Assembly: GCA_017438775.1 (NCBI GenBank)
Contig: JAFRUR010000053.1
Location: 2,812 to 66,811, forward strand
DNA: 64,000 bases
Direction of reading: 5' to 3'
Source of the DNA: Lachnospiraceae bacterium
GTDB taxonomy: Bacteria > Bacillota > Clostridia > Lachnospirales > Lachnospiraceae
The translations under genes and the position numbers were made by a program. The notes under the pieces are model-generated. The model did not search any database and was not told where the DNA came from. It was given only the letters and a program-made list of their open reading frames with translations. This document shows positions 8,040 through 16,692 of the stretch, piece by piece. Every line of letters starts with the position of its first letter. Positions within the stretch are counted from its first letter, which is position 1.

Positions 8040-9559
8040 GCGAGAAGAATGAGAAACTGATGGGAGCGATCTCCGGAATCGGAGACGACCTGGTGGAAGA
8101 GATGGCGGAAGATATCGCCGCCGTGAAGAAGGCTGCGGAGACTGAGTCGTCCCATGAGGGCGCCGGAAGGATCATCAAAGCCGATCTGACCCGCACGAAC
8201 GATGCGCCGCAGAAGAAGCGCCGCACGCCGCTTCGCAGACGGATCGCCGCTCTGGCGGCCGCCGCAGCGGTGCTGCTGGGAGCGGTCCTGCTTCCCGGCG
8301 TGTTCCAGAAGGGCGGCGTTCTGCCGGGTCAGACAGACGGACCGAAAGGAGCGGAAAAGGGCGTGGTAACGGTACTGGCGGAAGCGGCCTATCCGGAATT
8401 GGAGGTGCATAACTTCGAAAGCCTGGATTTGTATCAGGAGGCGGTCGCGGCCTTCATGCAGCGCGCCATCCCTGAGATTGCGAAGGCGGGAGACGAGGGA
8501 CAGAACCTGGCGTTTTCGCCCCTGAACATCTATATGGCCCTGTCCATGCTGTCGGAGACGGTCGGCGGCGATACGCAGAAGGAGATCCTGGATCTCCTGG
8601 GTGCGAAAAATATGGAACTCCAGCGCCGCATGGCAGCCGCTGCCTGGAAGAACAACTATTTCAACGGAGATCATGGCAAACTCCTGCTGGCCAACTCCAT
8701 GTGGCTTCGCGAGGGCTTTCCTTTCAAGAAGGCTGCCATCGAGACGCTGGCCAGAGAGCATTTCGCTTCCTCCTTCTCCGGCCAGCCCGGCACCGCGGAG
8801 TTCGACAAGGCTTTGCAGGACTGGATCAACAAACAGACCGACAACATGGTGAAGGACAGCGTGGATACCCTTAAAATGGATCCCGCCACGATCATGGCCC
8901 TGGTCTCCACGATCCGCTTCTCCGGCATCTGGTCCGACGAGTTCATGGACAAGTTCAACACGGAGGACACCTTCCACGCGAAGGCAGGCGACGTGACTGC
9001 GACCTTCATGCACCAGACCCATGCGGACACGGTGTTTTACGGAGAGAAGTATTCCGCGGCAAGCAAGGACTTCAACAGCGGTTACATCATGGACTTCATT
9101 CTCCCGGACGAGGGCGTGGATCCCGCGGAGCTGCTGAGCGATCCCGACGTGCTCAAGTTCCTCACCGAGTCCTGGGCGGAGCGGTATGAGCGCACGCAGC
9201 AGAAGCGCGCGCTGGTGAACCTGTCGGTCCCGAAGTTCGATATTTCTTCGGATCTTCATCTTGAAAAGGCCCTGCAGTCCCTCGGAATCACCTCTGCCTT
9301 CAGCGCCGACAAGGGCGACTTTTCGCCCCTCACGGATGAAGGCGGAATCTTCCTGTCTTCCGTGCAGCACGGCGCCCGCATCCTCATCGATGAGAAAGGC
9401 TGCGAGGCTGCGGCCTACACCGCCATGATGGTGTGCGGCGCGGCGATGCCTCCGACCGACATCATCGACTTTACCCTGGACCGTCCCTTCGTCTTTGCGG
9501 TGCGCGGCGGCGACGGCGTGCCCGTCTTCGTGGGCATCGTGGAGACCCCTGCGAAGTAA
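8036..9559 (+). CDS. membrane-anchored serpin with anti-sigma-like N-terminal cytoplasmic segment
   Basis: GTG 8036 overlaps the sigma stop (GTGA); an alternative ATG is at 8060. The layout is an N-terminal acidic IGDDLVEEMAEDI segment, a basic stretch, then a TM helix (IAALAAAAAVLLGAVLLPGVF). A full serpin fold follows: FSPLNIYMALSML...hinge EKGCEAAAYTAMM...FTLDRPFVFAV. Confidence 0.8.
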   Translation: MSEKNEKLMGAISGIGDDLVEEMAEDIAAVKKAAETESSHEGAGRIIKADLTRTNDAPQKKRRTPLRRRIAALAAAAAVLLGAVLLPGVFQKGGVLPGQTDGPKGAEKGVVTVLAEAAYPELEVHNFESLDLYQEAVAAFMQRAIPEIAKAGDEGQNLAFSPLNIYMALSMLSETVGGDTQKEILDLLGAKNMELQRRMAAAAWKNNYFNGDHGKLLLANSMWLREGFPFKKAAIETLAREHFASSFSGQPGTAEFDKALQDWINKQTDNMVKDSVDTLKMDPATIMALVSTIRFSGIWSDEFMDKFNTEDTFHAKAGDVTATFMHQTHADTVFYGEKYSAASKDFNSGYIMDFILPDEGVDPAELLSDPDVLKFLTESWAERYERTQQKRALVNLSVPKFDISSDLHLEKALQSLGITSAFSADKGDFSPLTDEGGIFLSSVQHGARILIDEKGCEAAAYTAMMVCGAAMPPTDIIDFTLDRPFVFAVRGGDGVPVFVGIVETPAK

Positions 9560-9580
9560 GCGAAAACAAAAGAAACAAGA

Positions 9581-9610
9581 AAGAAGCGGCGGAGATATCC
9601 GCCGCTTCTT
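9581..9610. terminator. bidirectional stem-loop terminator between the convergent serpin and glycerate kinase genes
   Basis: A perfect 12-bp stem AAGAAGCGGCGG / CCGCCGCTTCTT with a 6-nt loop. It has a T-rich tail in the minus-strand sense. Confidence 0.75.
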
Positions 9611-9642
9611 GATTCGTATACCGGAAAAAACGGAACTGTGCG

Positions 9643-10824
9643 TTACCCGCGCCGCATGAACTCGCGCATGGAGCGGTCGCTGTCTTTCAGCTGCATGCCG
9701 GCCTTCAGCATGTAGAAGGTGCGGCGCGCCGCGTCGAGATAGAGCTCCCTGGCGCGGCCGATGGCCTCGTCCAGGGTCATGGGCGCATTGACGGTGGTCA
9801 TGAGAGAGGAGACGCCATGATCCAGGATGTCCATCGCGCCCCGGCCCAGACCGCCGCAGATCCCGACCACGGGGATGCCGGCCGCCGCGGCCGCTTCGCC
9901 CACGCCGGCCATGACTTTGCCCTGGGCGCTCTGCCAGTCGGTGCGTCCCTCGCCGGTGATCACGAGGTCCGTGCCTTCGAGTCTTTCCTTGAAGTGGATG
10001 AGGTCCAGCACGGTGCGGATCCCGGAGCGGAGCGTGCCGCCCAGGACGACGGAGAGCGCCGCCCCCAGGCCGCCGGCCGCGCCGGTGCCGGGCAGGAGAG
10101 AGCAGTCCTTGCCGCAGGTCTCCTTGAGGAGCGCCTGGTAGCGCAGCATGCCTTCCTCCAGAAACGCGAGTTTGGCGGTATTTGCGCCCTTCTGCGGGCC
10201 GAAGGTAAACGTGGCGCCGTCCGGGCCGCAGAGGACGTTCTGAACGTCACACATGATGGTCAGCGAGGCGCTCTGAAGGCGCGGGTCGAGACCCGCGAGA
10301 TCCAGGGAGGCGAGGCGCCGGAGGTCTTCTCCGCGTCCCTCGAGTTCGTTTCCGTCCTTATCCAGAAGACGGGCGCCCAGGGCGCGGAGGCAGCCGATGC
10401 CGCCGTCGTTGGTGGCGGAGCCCCCGATGGCCACGGCGATGTCCGTATAGCCCTGTTCCAGGGCGTCGCGGATCAGTTCTCCGGTGCCATAGGTGGTGGT
10501 GCGCAGGGGATCGCGCTCTGCGGGCTGAAGAAGAGGCAGGCCCGAAGCTGCGGCCATTTCGATGACCGCGCGGTCACCCGGGAGAATGGCGTAGGAGGCC
10601 TCTACGGGGCGGAAGAGAGGGTCGTTTACGGTGACGGTGCGCATCGAGCCGCCCTCGGCTTTGGCCACCGCGTAGGCCGTTCCCTCGCCGCCGTCGGCGA
10701 CCGGGACGCCCTCGCAGGCGCAGTCCGGAAACACCTCGCGGGCCGCCTGGGTGAGCAGACGCGCGGTGTCCTCGCTGGTAAGGCTCCCCTTAAAGGAATC
10801 GGATACGAACAGGAAATGCAGCAT
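9643..10824 (-). CDS. glxK: glycerate kinase
   Basis: SDSFKGSLTS, VPVADGGEGT, IGGSATNDGG and ITGEGRTDWQS are the GlxK/GarK family hallmarks. Confidence 0.9.
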   Translation of the reverse strand: MLHFLFVSDSFKGSLTSEDTARLLTQAAREVFPDCACEGVPVADGGEGTAYAVAKAEGGSMRTVTVNDPLFRPVEASYAILPGDRAVIEMAAASGLPLLQPAERDPLRTTTYGTGELIRDALEQGYTDIAVAIGGSATNDGGIGCLRALGARLLDKDGNELEGRGEDLRRLASLDLAGLDPRLQSASLTIMCDVQNVLCGPDGATFTFGPQKGANTAKLAFLEEGMLRYQALLKETCGKDCSLLPGTGAAGGLGAALSVVLGGTLRSGIRTVLDLIHFKERLEGTDLVITGEGRTDWQSAQGKVMAGVGEAAAAAGIPVVGICGGLGRGAMDILDHGVSSLMTTVNAPMTLDEAIGRARELYLDAARRTFYMLKAGMQLKDSDRSMREFMRRG

Positions 10825-11147
10825 GGCGTTCTCCTTCCGGAATTTGCTTTCAGAGGGTCAGTTCCGAAAAACGGGTCCGTCTGAATCCATCGGGTCCTCT
10901 GCAGGACCGGTCCGCGCATCCCGGATTATTTCTTGAACTTGTCCCACTATGAGTATACCCGAAGGCGGGAACTCTGACAAGAGAATCCGTGCGGGCTGAC
11001 ACGGCGAAGGAGCGGAAGAAAGCCGAAGAAGCGCGTCCGTCCGTGCCTGGTTCCTTCCCTGTTCCTCCTTCCGGCCGGAAGCGGGATCCGATCGGTATTT
11101 CTCCGTTTCCGGGGAGATAAAATGTCATAATTCCCCACAGAAATGGA

Positions 11148-11176
11148 TTGATTTTTTGACAGCAGTATCATATACT
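11148..11176 (+). promoter_or_regulatory. candidate sigma-A promoter for the ECF S-component gene
   Basis: TTGATT (11148-11153), a 17-nt spacer, then TATACT (11171-11176). Confidence 0.5.
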
Positions 11177-11232
11177 CCAGTCAGATAGCATTGTATCTCC
11201 GCCTAAGGGAGAACAGTAGCAGGAGGAAAAAC

Positions 11233-11883
11233 ATGAATACCAGTGTCAAGACTCGTCGCATGGCCATGACGGCCGCTCTCACCGCTGTCATCATCCTGAT
11301 GTCCAGCGTCCCGTTTCTGGGGTACATCCCTCTCGGCTTTATGAATGCCACCATCCTTCACGTGCCGGTCATCGTCGGTGCCGTTCTTCTCGGCCCGAAA
11401 GCCGGGGCGTTTCTCGGACTGGTCTTCGGCATTACGAGCGTCGTTAAGAACACCCTGACGCCCAACCCGACGTCCTTCGTGTTCTCGCCGTTCTATGCGA
11501 CTTCCGTTTTCGGCGTGCAGCCGGGAAGCATCATCGGTTCGCTCATCATCGCCATCGTGCCCCGCGTCCTGATCGGCGTGGTCGCCTACTTTGTCTATGC
11601 GGGCATCAAGAAGGCCATCCGCGGCAACATCGGCCGCACCGCGGCCTACGCCTGCGCCGGCGTGGCGGGCTCCCTCACCAACACCATCCTGGTCATGAAC
11701 CTGATCTACGTCTTCTTCGGCCAGGCCTACGCCTCCGCCAGCGGACGCGCCTTCCAGACCCTCTACGGCTACATCCTGGCCGTTATCGTGGGCAGCGGCA
11801 TCCCGGAGGCGATCGTGGGCGGCATCCTGACCGCCGTCATCTCCACGGTCCTGTTCAAGGTCGTCAAGGAAGACAGAAAGTAA
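11233..11883 (+). CDS. ECF transporter S component (substrate unknown)
   Basis: ATG follows AGGAGG. It is a six-TM protein with LTAVIILMSSVPFLGYIPLGFMNATILHVPVIVGAVLLGP, typical of ECF vitamin-uptake S components. Confidence 0.75.
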   Translation: MNTSVKTRRMAMTAALTAVIILMSSVPFLGYIPLGFMNATILHVPVIVGAVLLGPKAGAFLGLVFGITSVVKNTLTPNPTSFVFSPFYATSVFGVQPGSIIGSLIIAIVPRVLIGVVAYFVYAGIKKAIRGNIGRTAAYACAGVAGSLTNTILVMNLIYVFFGQAYASASGRAFQTLYGYILAVIVGSGIPEAIVGGILTAVISTVLFKVVKEDRK

Positions 11884-12047
11884 GCCGTCCCGCAAAAATG
11901 GGAATACCGGCCGCATGAAAAAAGAATAACCCGCGCGTTGCAAGCCCGCGGGAGCAGGTGTATCATAAGATGAGGCCTGCCGCTGCCGACACCGGCCGCG
12001 GCGGGTCTTCTGTATAGAAACGAAACCGTTTCGAAAGGAGAACCCCT

Positions 12048-13070
12048 ATGAAGCCGGATATTGATTGGGCAAATCTAGGATTTGGCTACATCCCCACGGA
12101 CTACCGATACGTGTCGAATTTTAAGGACGGAGCCTGGGACGAGGGCGCTCTGGTGACGGATGCCACCATCACTCTGAGCGAGTGCGCCTGCGTATTCCAG
12201 TATTCCCAGTCCTGTTTTGAGGGCCTGAAGGCCTACTATACGAAGGACGGACACATCGTATGCTTCCGTCCGGACCTCAACGCCTCCCGCATGGCGGAGA
12301 CCGCGGCCCGGCTGGAAATGCCTCCGTTCCCGGAAGACCGCTTTGTCGAGGCGGTCAAGCAGGTCGTGGCCGCCAACAAGGATTTCGTCCCGCCTTACGG
12401 CTCCGGTGCGACGCTGTACATCCGGCCTTTCATGATCGGTTCGGACGCCGTCATCGGCGTCAAGCCCGCGAACGAATACCATTTCCGTATTTTTGTCACC
12501 CCGGTGGGCCCGTACTTCAAGGGCGGCGCAAAGCCGATGACGATCAAGGTCAGCGACTTTGACCGCGCGGCGCCTCATGGCACCGGCCACATCAAGGCCG
12601 GCCTGAACTACGCGATGAGCCTGCATCCCATCGTGGTCGCCCATCAGGAGGGCTACGCGGAGAACATGTACCTGGATCCCCAGACCCGCACGAAGGTCGA
12701 GGAGACCGGCGGCGCGAACTTCATCTTCGTGACGAAGGACGGCACCCTGGTTACGCCCAAGTCCCCGAGCATCCTGCCGTCCATCACGCGCCGCTCCCTC
12801 ATGTATGTGGCGGAGCACTATCTGGGCATGAAGGTGGAGGAGAGAGAAGTCCTGCTTTCCGAGGTCCCGGACTTCGCAGAGTGCGGCCTGTGCGGCACCG
12901 CAGCGGTCATTTCGCCTGTCGGTCGCATCGTGGACCACGGCCGCGTCATCGACCTGCCCTCCGGCATGGAGGAGATGGGACCGTACACCAGGAAGCTGTA
13001 CGACACCCTGACCGGCATCCAGATGGGCCGCATCGATCCGCCCGAAGGCTGGGTCGTCAAGATCGCGTAA
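12048..13070 (+). CDS. ilvE: branched-chain amino acid aminotransferase
   Basis: At 340 aa it shows LGFGYIPTDYRY, FEGLKAY and a fold-type IV PLP enzyme pattern. Confidence 0.9.
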   Translation: MKPDIDWANLGFGYIPTDYRYVSNFKDGAWDEGALVTDATITLSECACVFQYSQSCFEGLKAYYTKDGHIVCFRPDLNASRMAETAARLEMPPFPEDRFVEAVKQVVAANKDFVPPYGSGATLYIRPFMIGSDAVIGVKPANEYHFRIFVTPVGPYFKGGAKPMTIKVSDFDRAAPHGTGHIKAGLNYAMSLHPIVVAHQEGYAENMYLDPQTRTKVEETGGANFIFVTKDGTLVTPKSPSILPSITRRSLMYVAEHYLGMKVEEREVLLSEVPDFAECGLCGTAAVISPVGRIVDHGRVIDLPSGMEEMGPYTRKLYDTLTGIQMGRIDPPEGWVVKIA

Positions 13071-13181
13071 CTGCATATTGATTTCCTGCGGGGGCCGCGC
13101 TGCGGTCCCCGTTATTTTTTGCGGAGGCGAATACCGCGGCATACTTGACTGAATTGTATCAGAAAAAGCGAGAGAATCCGA

Positions 13182-13210
13182 TTGAACAAAACCGTCGGAA
13201 ATGATAGAAT
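13182..13210 (+). promoter_or_regulatory. extended -10 promoter upstream of split transketolase
   Basis: TTGAAC (13182-13187), a 17-nt spacer, then TGaTAGAAT (13202-13210). This leaves a ~120-nt leader. Confidence 0.5.
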
Positions 13211-13335
13211 AACAATGGCGTATCACGTGCCCGGAATCACTTGCGCAGAAACGCTTCCCGGAGCATGGCTTTGTGCCGGGAAGGGCAGGCGCGGCGGGCG
13301 CTGCACCAGGATAAATCAAGGAGGAAAGAACTGTT

Positions 13336-14139
13336 ATGGATTACGCGAAATTGGCGACAGAGATAAGAAAAGACATCATCCAGATGGTCTATGCCGCTCA
13401 GTCCGGGCATCCCGGCGGATCTCTGTCCATCGTGGAGATGCTGATCGCCCTGTATTACAAGGTGATGAAGAACATCGATCCGAAGGATCCTCATCGCGAG
13501 GACCGCGACCGGTTTATTCTGAGCAAGGGCCACTGCTGCCCGGCTCTGTATGCAGTTCTGGCGGAGAAAGGCTACTTCCCGAAGGAAGACCTGGTCACCC
13601 TCCGCAAGTTCGGCAGCCACCTGCAGGGTCATGCGGACATGAACAAGACCCCCGGCGTGGACTGCAACGGCGGTTCCCTGGGACAGGGCGCGGCCATCGG
13701 CGCCGGCATGGCGCTTGCCGCGAAGCACAAGAAGGCGGACTACCGCGTCTTCGTCATCATCGGCGACGGCGAGAGCCAGGAAGGTCTGGTCTGGGAGGCG
13801 GCCATGAGCGCGGCCCACTACAAGCTGGACAACCTCGTCTTCCTGCTGGACCACAACGGACTGCAGATCGACGGCCCCAACGACAAGGTCATGAGCATCG
13901 GCGATATGTGTGCGAAGTTCGAGGCCTTCGGCTGGGCCGTGGAAAAGGTCAACGGCCACGACATCGACGCGGTCGCGGCGGCCTGCGAAAACAAGGTCCC
14001 CGGCAAGCCCAAGTTCATCTGCTGCGAGACCATCAAGGGCAAAGGCGTCTCCTTCATGGAGAACAACGTCGCCTGGCACGGCAAGGCCCCGGGCAAGGAA
14101 GAATACGAGATCGCCATGAAAGAACTGGAGGTGTGCTGA
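13336..14139 (+). CDS. transketolase, N-terminal (TPP-binding) subunit
   Basis: SGHPGGSLS, GSLGQG and IGDGESQEG motifs are present. It is immediately followed by the C-terminal subunit gene. Confidence 0.92.
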   Translation: MDYAKLATEIRKDIIQMVYAAQSGHPGGSLSIVEMLIALYYKVMKNIDPKDPHREDRDRFILSKGHCCPALYAVLAEKGYFPKEDLVTLRKFGSHLQGHADMNKTPGVDCNGGSLGQGAAIGAGMALAAKHKKADYRVFVIIGDGESQEGLVWEAAMSAAHYKLDNLVFLLDHNGLQIDGPNDKVMSIGDMCAKFEAFGWAVEKVNGHDIDAVAAACENKVPGKPKFICCETIKGKGVSFMENNVAWHGKAPGKEEYEIAMKELEVC

Positions 14140-14140
14140 T

Positions 14141-15064
14141 ATGGGAAAGTCTTTACGTGTTGCCTACGGTGAGGCCCTGCGCGATCTCGGCGCCGTCAAC
14201 GATAAAGTCGTCGTTATGGATGCGGACCTGTCTAACGCCACGATGACGAACATTTTCGCCAAAGTCTATCCGGAGCGCTTCTACGATTTCGGCATCGCGG
14301 AAGCCAATATGATGTGCGAGGCCGCGGGCTTTGCCCACAGCGGGCTCATCCCCTTCGCGAGCACCTTCGCGCTCTTCGGCGCGGGCCGTGCCTTCGAGAT
14401 CATCCGCAACGCCATCTGCTATGTGAACGCGAACGTGAAGCTCGGTCTGTCCCACGCGGGCCTGTCCGTCGGTGAGGACGGCGGCTCCCATCAGGCCATC
14501 GAAGATATCGCCCTGATGCGCGCGCTGCCCAACATGACCATCCTGGCCCCCTGCGACGAGATCGAGACCCGCAAGGCCGTCTTCGCCGCGGCGGAGATCA
14601 ACGGACCGGTCTTCATCCGCACGTCCCGTCCTTCCACGGACATCGTCACCAAGGAAGAGGATCCCTTCGTGGTCGGCAAGGCCAACGTGCTCAAAGAGGG
14701 CACCGACGTCGCCCTGTTCTCCTTCGGACTCATGGTGTCCCGCGCCCTGAAGGCCGCGGAAGCCCTGGAGGCGGAGGGAATCAGCACGGCCGTCGTGAAC
14801 TTCCACACCATCAAGCCCATCGACAAGGAGATGATCCTGAAATACGCGAATTCCGCAAAGGCTGTCGTCACGGCGGAAGAGCACACCGTGATGGGCGGCT
14901 TCGGCAGCGCCGTGGCGGAAGTTCTCGCGGGACACGGCCAGGCGAAGTTTGCCATGGTCGGAATCCAGGACAAGTTCGGCAAGTCCGGCAAGCCGGACGA
15001 GCTGTTCGAGGCGTACGGCCTGACTGCGGAGAACATCGCCGCGACGGCCAAGAGCCTGCTGTAA
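14141..15064 (+). CDS. transketolase, C-terminal (pyrimidine-binding) subunit
   Basis: FYDFGIAEANM and GEDGGSHQAIEDIALMRALPNM are present. The start is 1 nt after the upstream stop. Confidence 0.92.
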   Translation: MGKSLRVAYGEALRDLGAVNDKVVVMDADLSNATMTNIFAKVYPERFYDFGIAEANMMCEAAGFAHSGLIPFASTFALFGAGRAFEIIRNAICYVNANVKLGLSHAGLSVGEDGGSHQAIEDIALMRALPNMTILAPCDEIETRKAVFAAAEINGPVFIRTSRPSTDIVTKEEDPFVVGKANVLKEGTDVALFSFGLMVSRALKAAEALEAEGISTAVVNFHTIKPIDKEMILKYANSAKAVVTAEEHTVMGGFGSAVAEVLAGHGQAKFAMVGIQDKFGKSGKPDELFEAYGLTAENIAATAKSLL

Positions 15065-15068
15065 GCGG

Positions 15069-15722
15069 ATGCGGAACACGATCCTGTACCTCTGTCAGGA
15101 TGCGGGAGCCGGCGGGCGTGAAGCACTGTTTTCGCGCCTGCTGGCTCTTTATATCCGCGCAGAGGGAGAAGACGCCCCGGCTGCGCTGGCCGGCGCCCCG
15201 CTTCTGAAAGAGGAAGGCGGCAAGCCGTACTTCCCGGAAGAGGCGCAGACGGGTCTGTCCATCAGTCACAGCGACGGCGCCTACGCCGTGCTGTTTTCCC
15301 CGGGTGCTGTCGGCGTGGACATCCAGGACAAGAGCGACCCGCTCAAGACGGAGGAAAACGTCCTCCGCATCGCGAACCGGGTCTTTCACCCGACGGACTG
15401 CCTGTGGCTGCGCGAGGGTGACGTCCGCACGCGGTTCTTCCTGCTGTGGACGGCCTACGAGGCCGCTGCCAAATACACCGGAAAGGGCATTTTCGCGGAG
15501 GAAAAGCCCATCGTCCGTCCGGCCCGGGAGGAATTCCTCCCGATCCTCTATCTGGGGGAGGAAGGCATGCCGATTTCCCTGGAAAGGCACTGCTGCACGT
15601 GGATGCGGGACGGTCTTTCCTTTACGACCATCTGGCCGCAGGAGAACTTCGTGTGCACCTGCGTGACGGACGTGCCGCTGGATGCCGTGGTCCTGTCGGG
15701 ACCGCTCGGGAACAGAAAGTAA
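15069..15722 (+). CDS. Sfp-type 4'-phosphopantetheinyl transferase family protein
   Basis: GGKPYFP, SISHSDGAYAV, VGVDIQ and LLWTAYEAAAKYTGKG align by eye to the Sfp motifs GKPxxP, ISHSG, GIDIE and WSMKESFIK. Confidence 0.75.
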   Translation: MRNTILYLCQDAGAGGREALFSRLLALYIRAEGEDAPAALAGAPLLKEEGGKPYFPEEAQTGLSISHSDGAYAVLFSPGAVGVDIQDKSDPLKTEENVLRIANRVFHPTDCLWLREGDVRTRFFLLWTAYEAAAKYTGKGIFAEEKPIVRPAREEFLPILYLGEEGMPISLERHCCTWMRDGLSFTTIWPQENFVCTCVTDVPLDAVVLSGPLGNRK

Positions 15723-15810
15723 CAAAAGAAATCAACAGTCACATTTCCGCAGGGCGCCCCTCATCGGACGCCCTGCAGAACCGTCAGAAACTTTTTTGCA
15801 GGAGAAACGA

Positions 15811-16689
15811 ATGGAACTCATTCTGGAAGGAATCGAGAAGCGATTTGGAGAAAAGGCAGTCCTCAAGGGGGCGTCCTACACGTTTGAAGAAGGCAAGATC
15901 TACGGACTTCTGGGCCGCAACGGCGCCGGCAAGACGACGCTGTTCAACTGCCTGAGCGGAGATCTCGGCATCGACGCCGGCACCATGCGCCTGATGGACG
16001 GCGGTCAGGATGTCTACGACCCCGAACGGATCGGTCTCTCCTTTGCGGAGCCCGTGCTTCCGGGCTTCCTGACGGGAGAGGAGTACCTTCGCTTTTACCT
16101 GGACGTGAATGCAGACCGGATCGAGAACCCCCTCTCGATCCCGGAGTACTTCGACCTCATCCGCATGGCCCCGGAGGACCGCGGCCGGCTGATCAAGAAC
16201 TACTCCCAGGGCATGAAAAACAAAATGCAGATCGTGAGTTTCCTGATCTCGCGTCCCCCCGTGCTCCTGCTGGACGAGCCCCTGACCAGCTTCGACGTGG
16301 TTGTCGCCCACGAGATGAAGGAAATGCTCAAGGGCATGAAGGAAGGCCGCATCATCATTTTCTCGACGCATATCCTGCAGATCGCCTCGGACATCTGCGA
16401 CGAGATCGTGATGCTGCGCGGCGGCACCCTGTCCGGGCTGGACCGCTCGCAGATGGACCGCGAGGACTTCGAGGAGGAAGTCATCCGCCTGCTCCGCGAG
16501 GACGAGCCCGGCGCGAACCTTACCCGTCCGGAGCCACAGGTCGTCTATGCGGGAGCGGGAGAGGCGCAGGCCGGTGTGCCTGCCCCTGTGGCCGCGCCGG
16601 AGGGCATGCCCGCTGCAGCCGCGCAGGAGACGGTTTCCACCGCAGCGCAGACGCAGGGGGACGCCATCCCCGCCGCGCCGGAGGACTGA
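15811..16689 (+). CDS. ABC transporter ATP-binding protein with Ala/Pro-rich C-terminal tail
   Basis: Walker A GRNGAGKTT, signature YSQGMKNK and Walker B LLLDEP are present. ATG 15811 follows GGAGAA. Confidence 0.88.
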   Translation: MELILEGIEKRFGEKAVLKGASYTFEEGKIYGLLGRNGAGKTTLFNCLSGDLGIDAGTMRLMDGGQDVYDPERIGLSFAEPVLPGFLTGEEYLRFYLDVNADRIENPLSIPEYFDLIRMAPEDRGRLIKNYSQGMKNKMQIVSFLISRPPVLLLDEPLTSFDVVVAHEMKEMLKGMKEGRIIIFSTHILQIASDICDEIVMLRGGTLSGLDRSQMDREDFEEEVIRLLREDEPGANLTRPEPQVVYAGAGEAQAGVPAPVAAPEGMPAAAAQETVSTAAQTQGDAIPAAPED

Positions 16690-16692
16690 TCT

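Noticed and set aside
10925-11147. Possible riboswitch or sRNA in the 400-nt glxK / ECF S-component intergenic region.
   Set aside because: The candidate S-component promoter leaves only a ~55-nt leader with one small hairpin. I could not match preQ1, THF, TPP, FMN or other aptamer cores on either strand. A glxK promoter (TTGTCA-17-TATACT on the minus strand near 10940-10970) explains part of the spacer.
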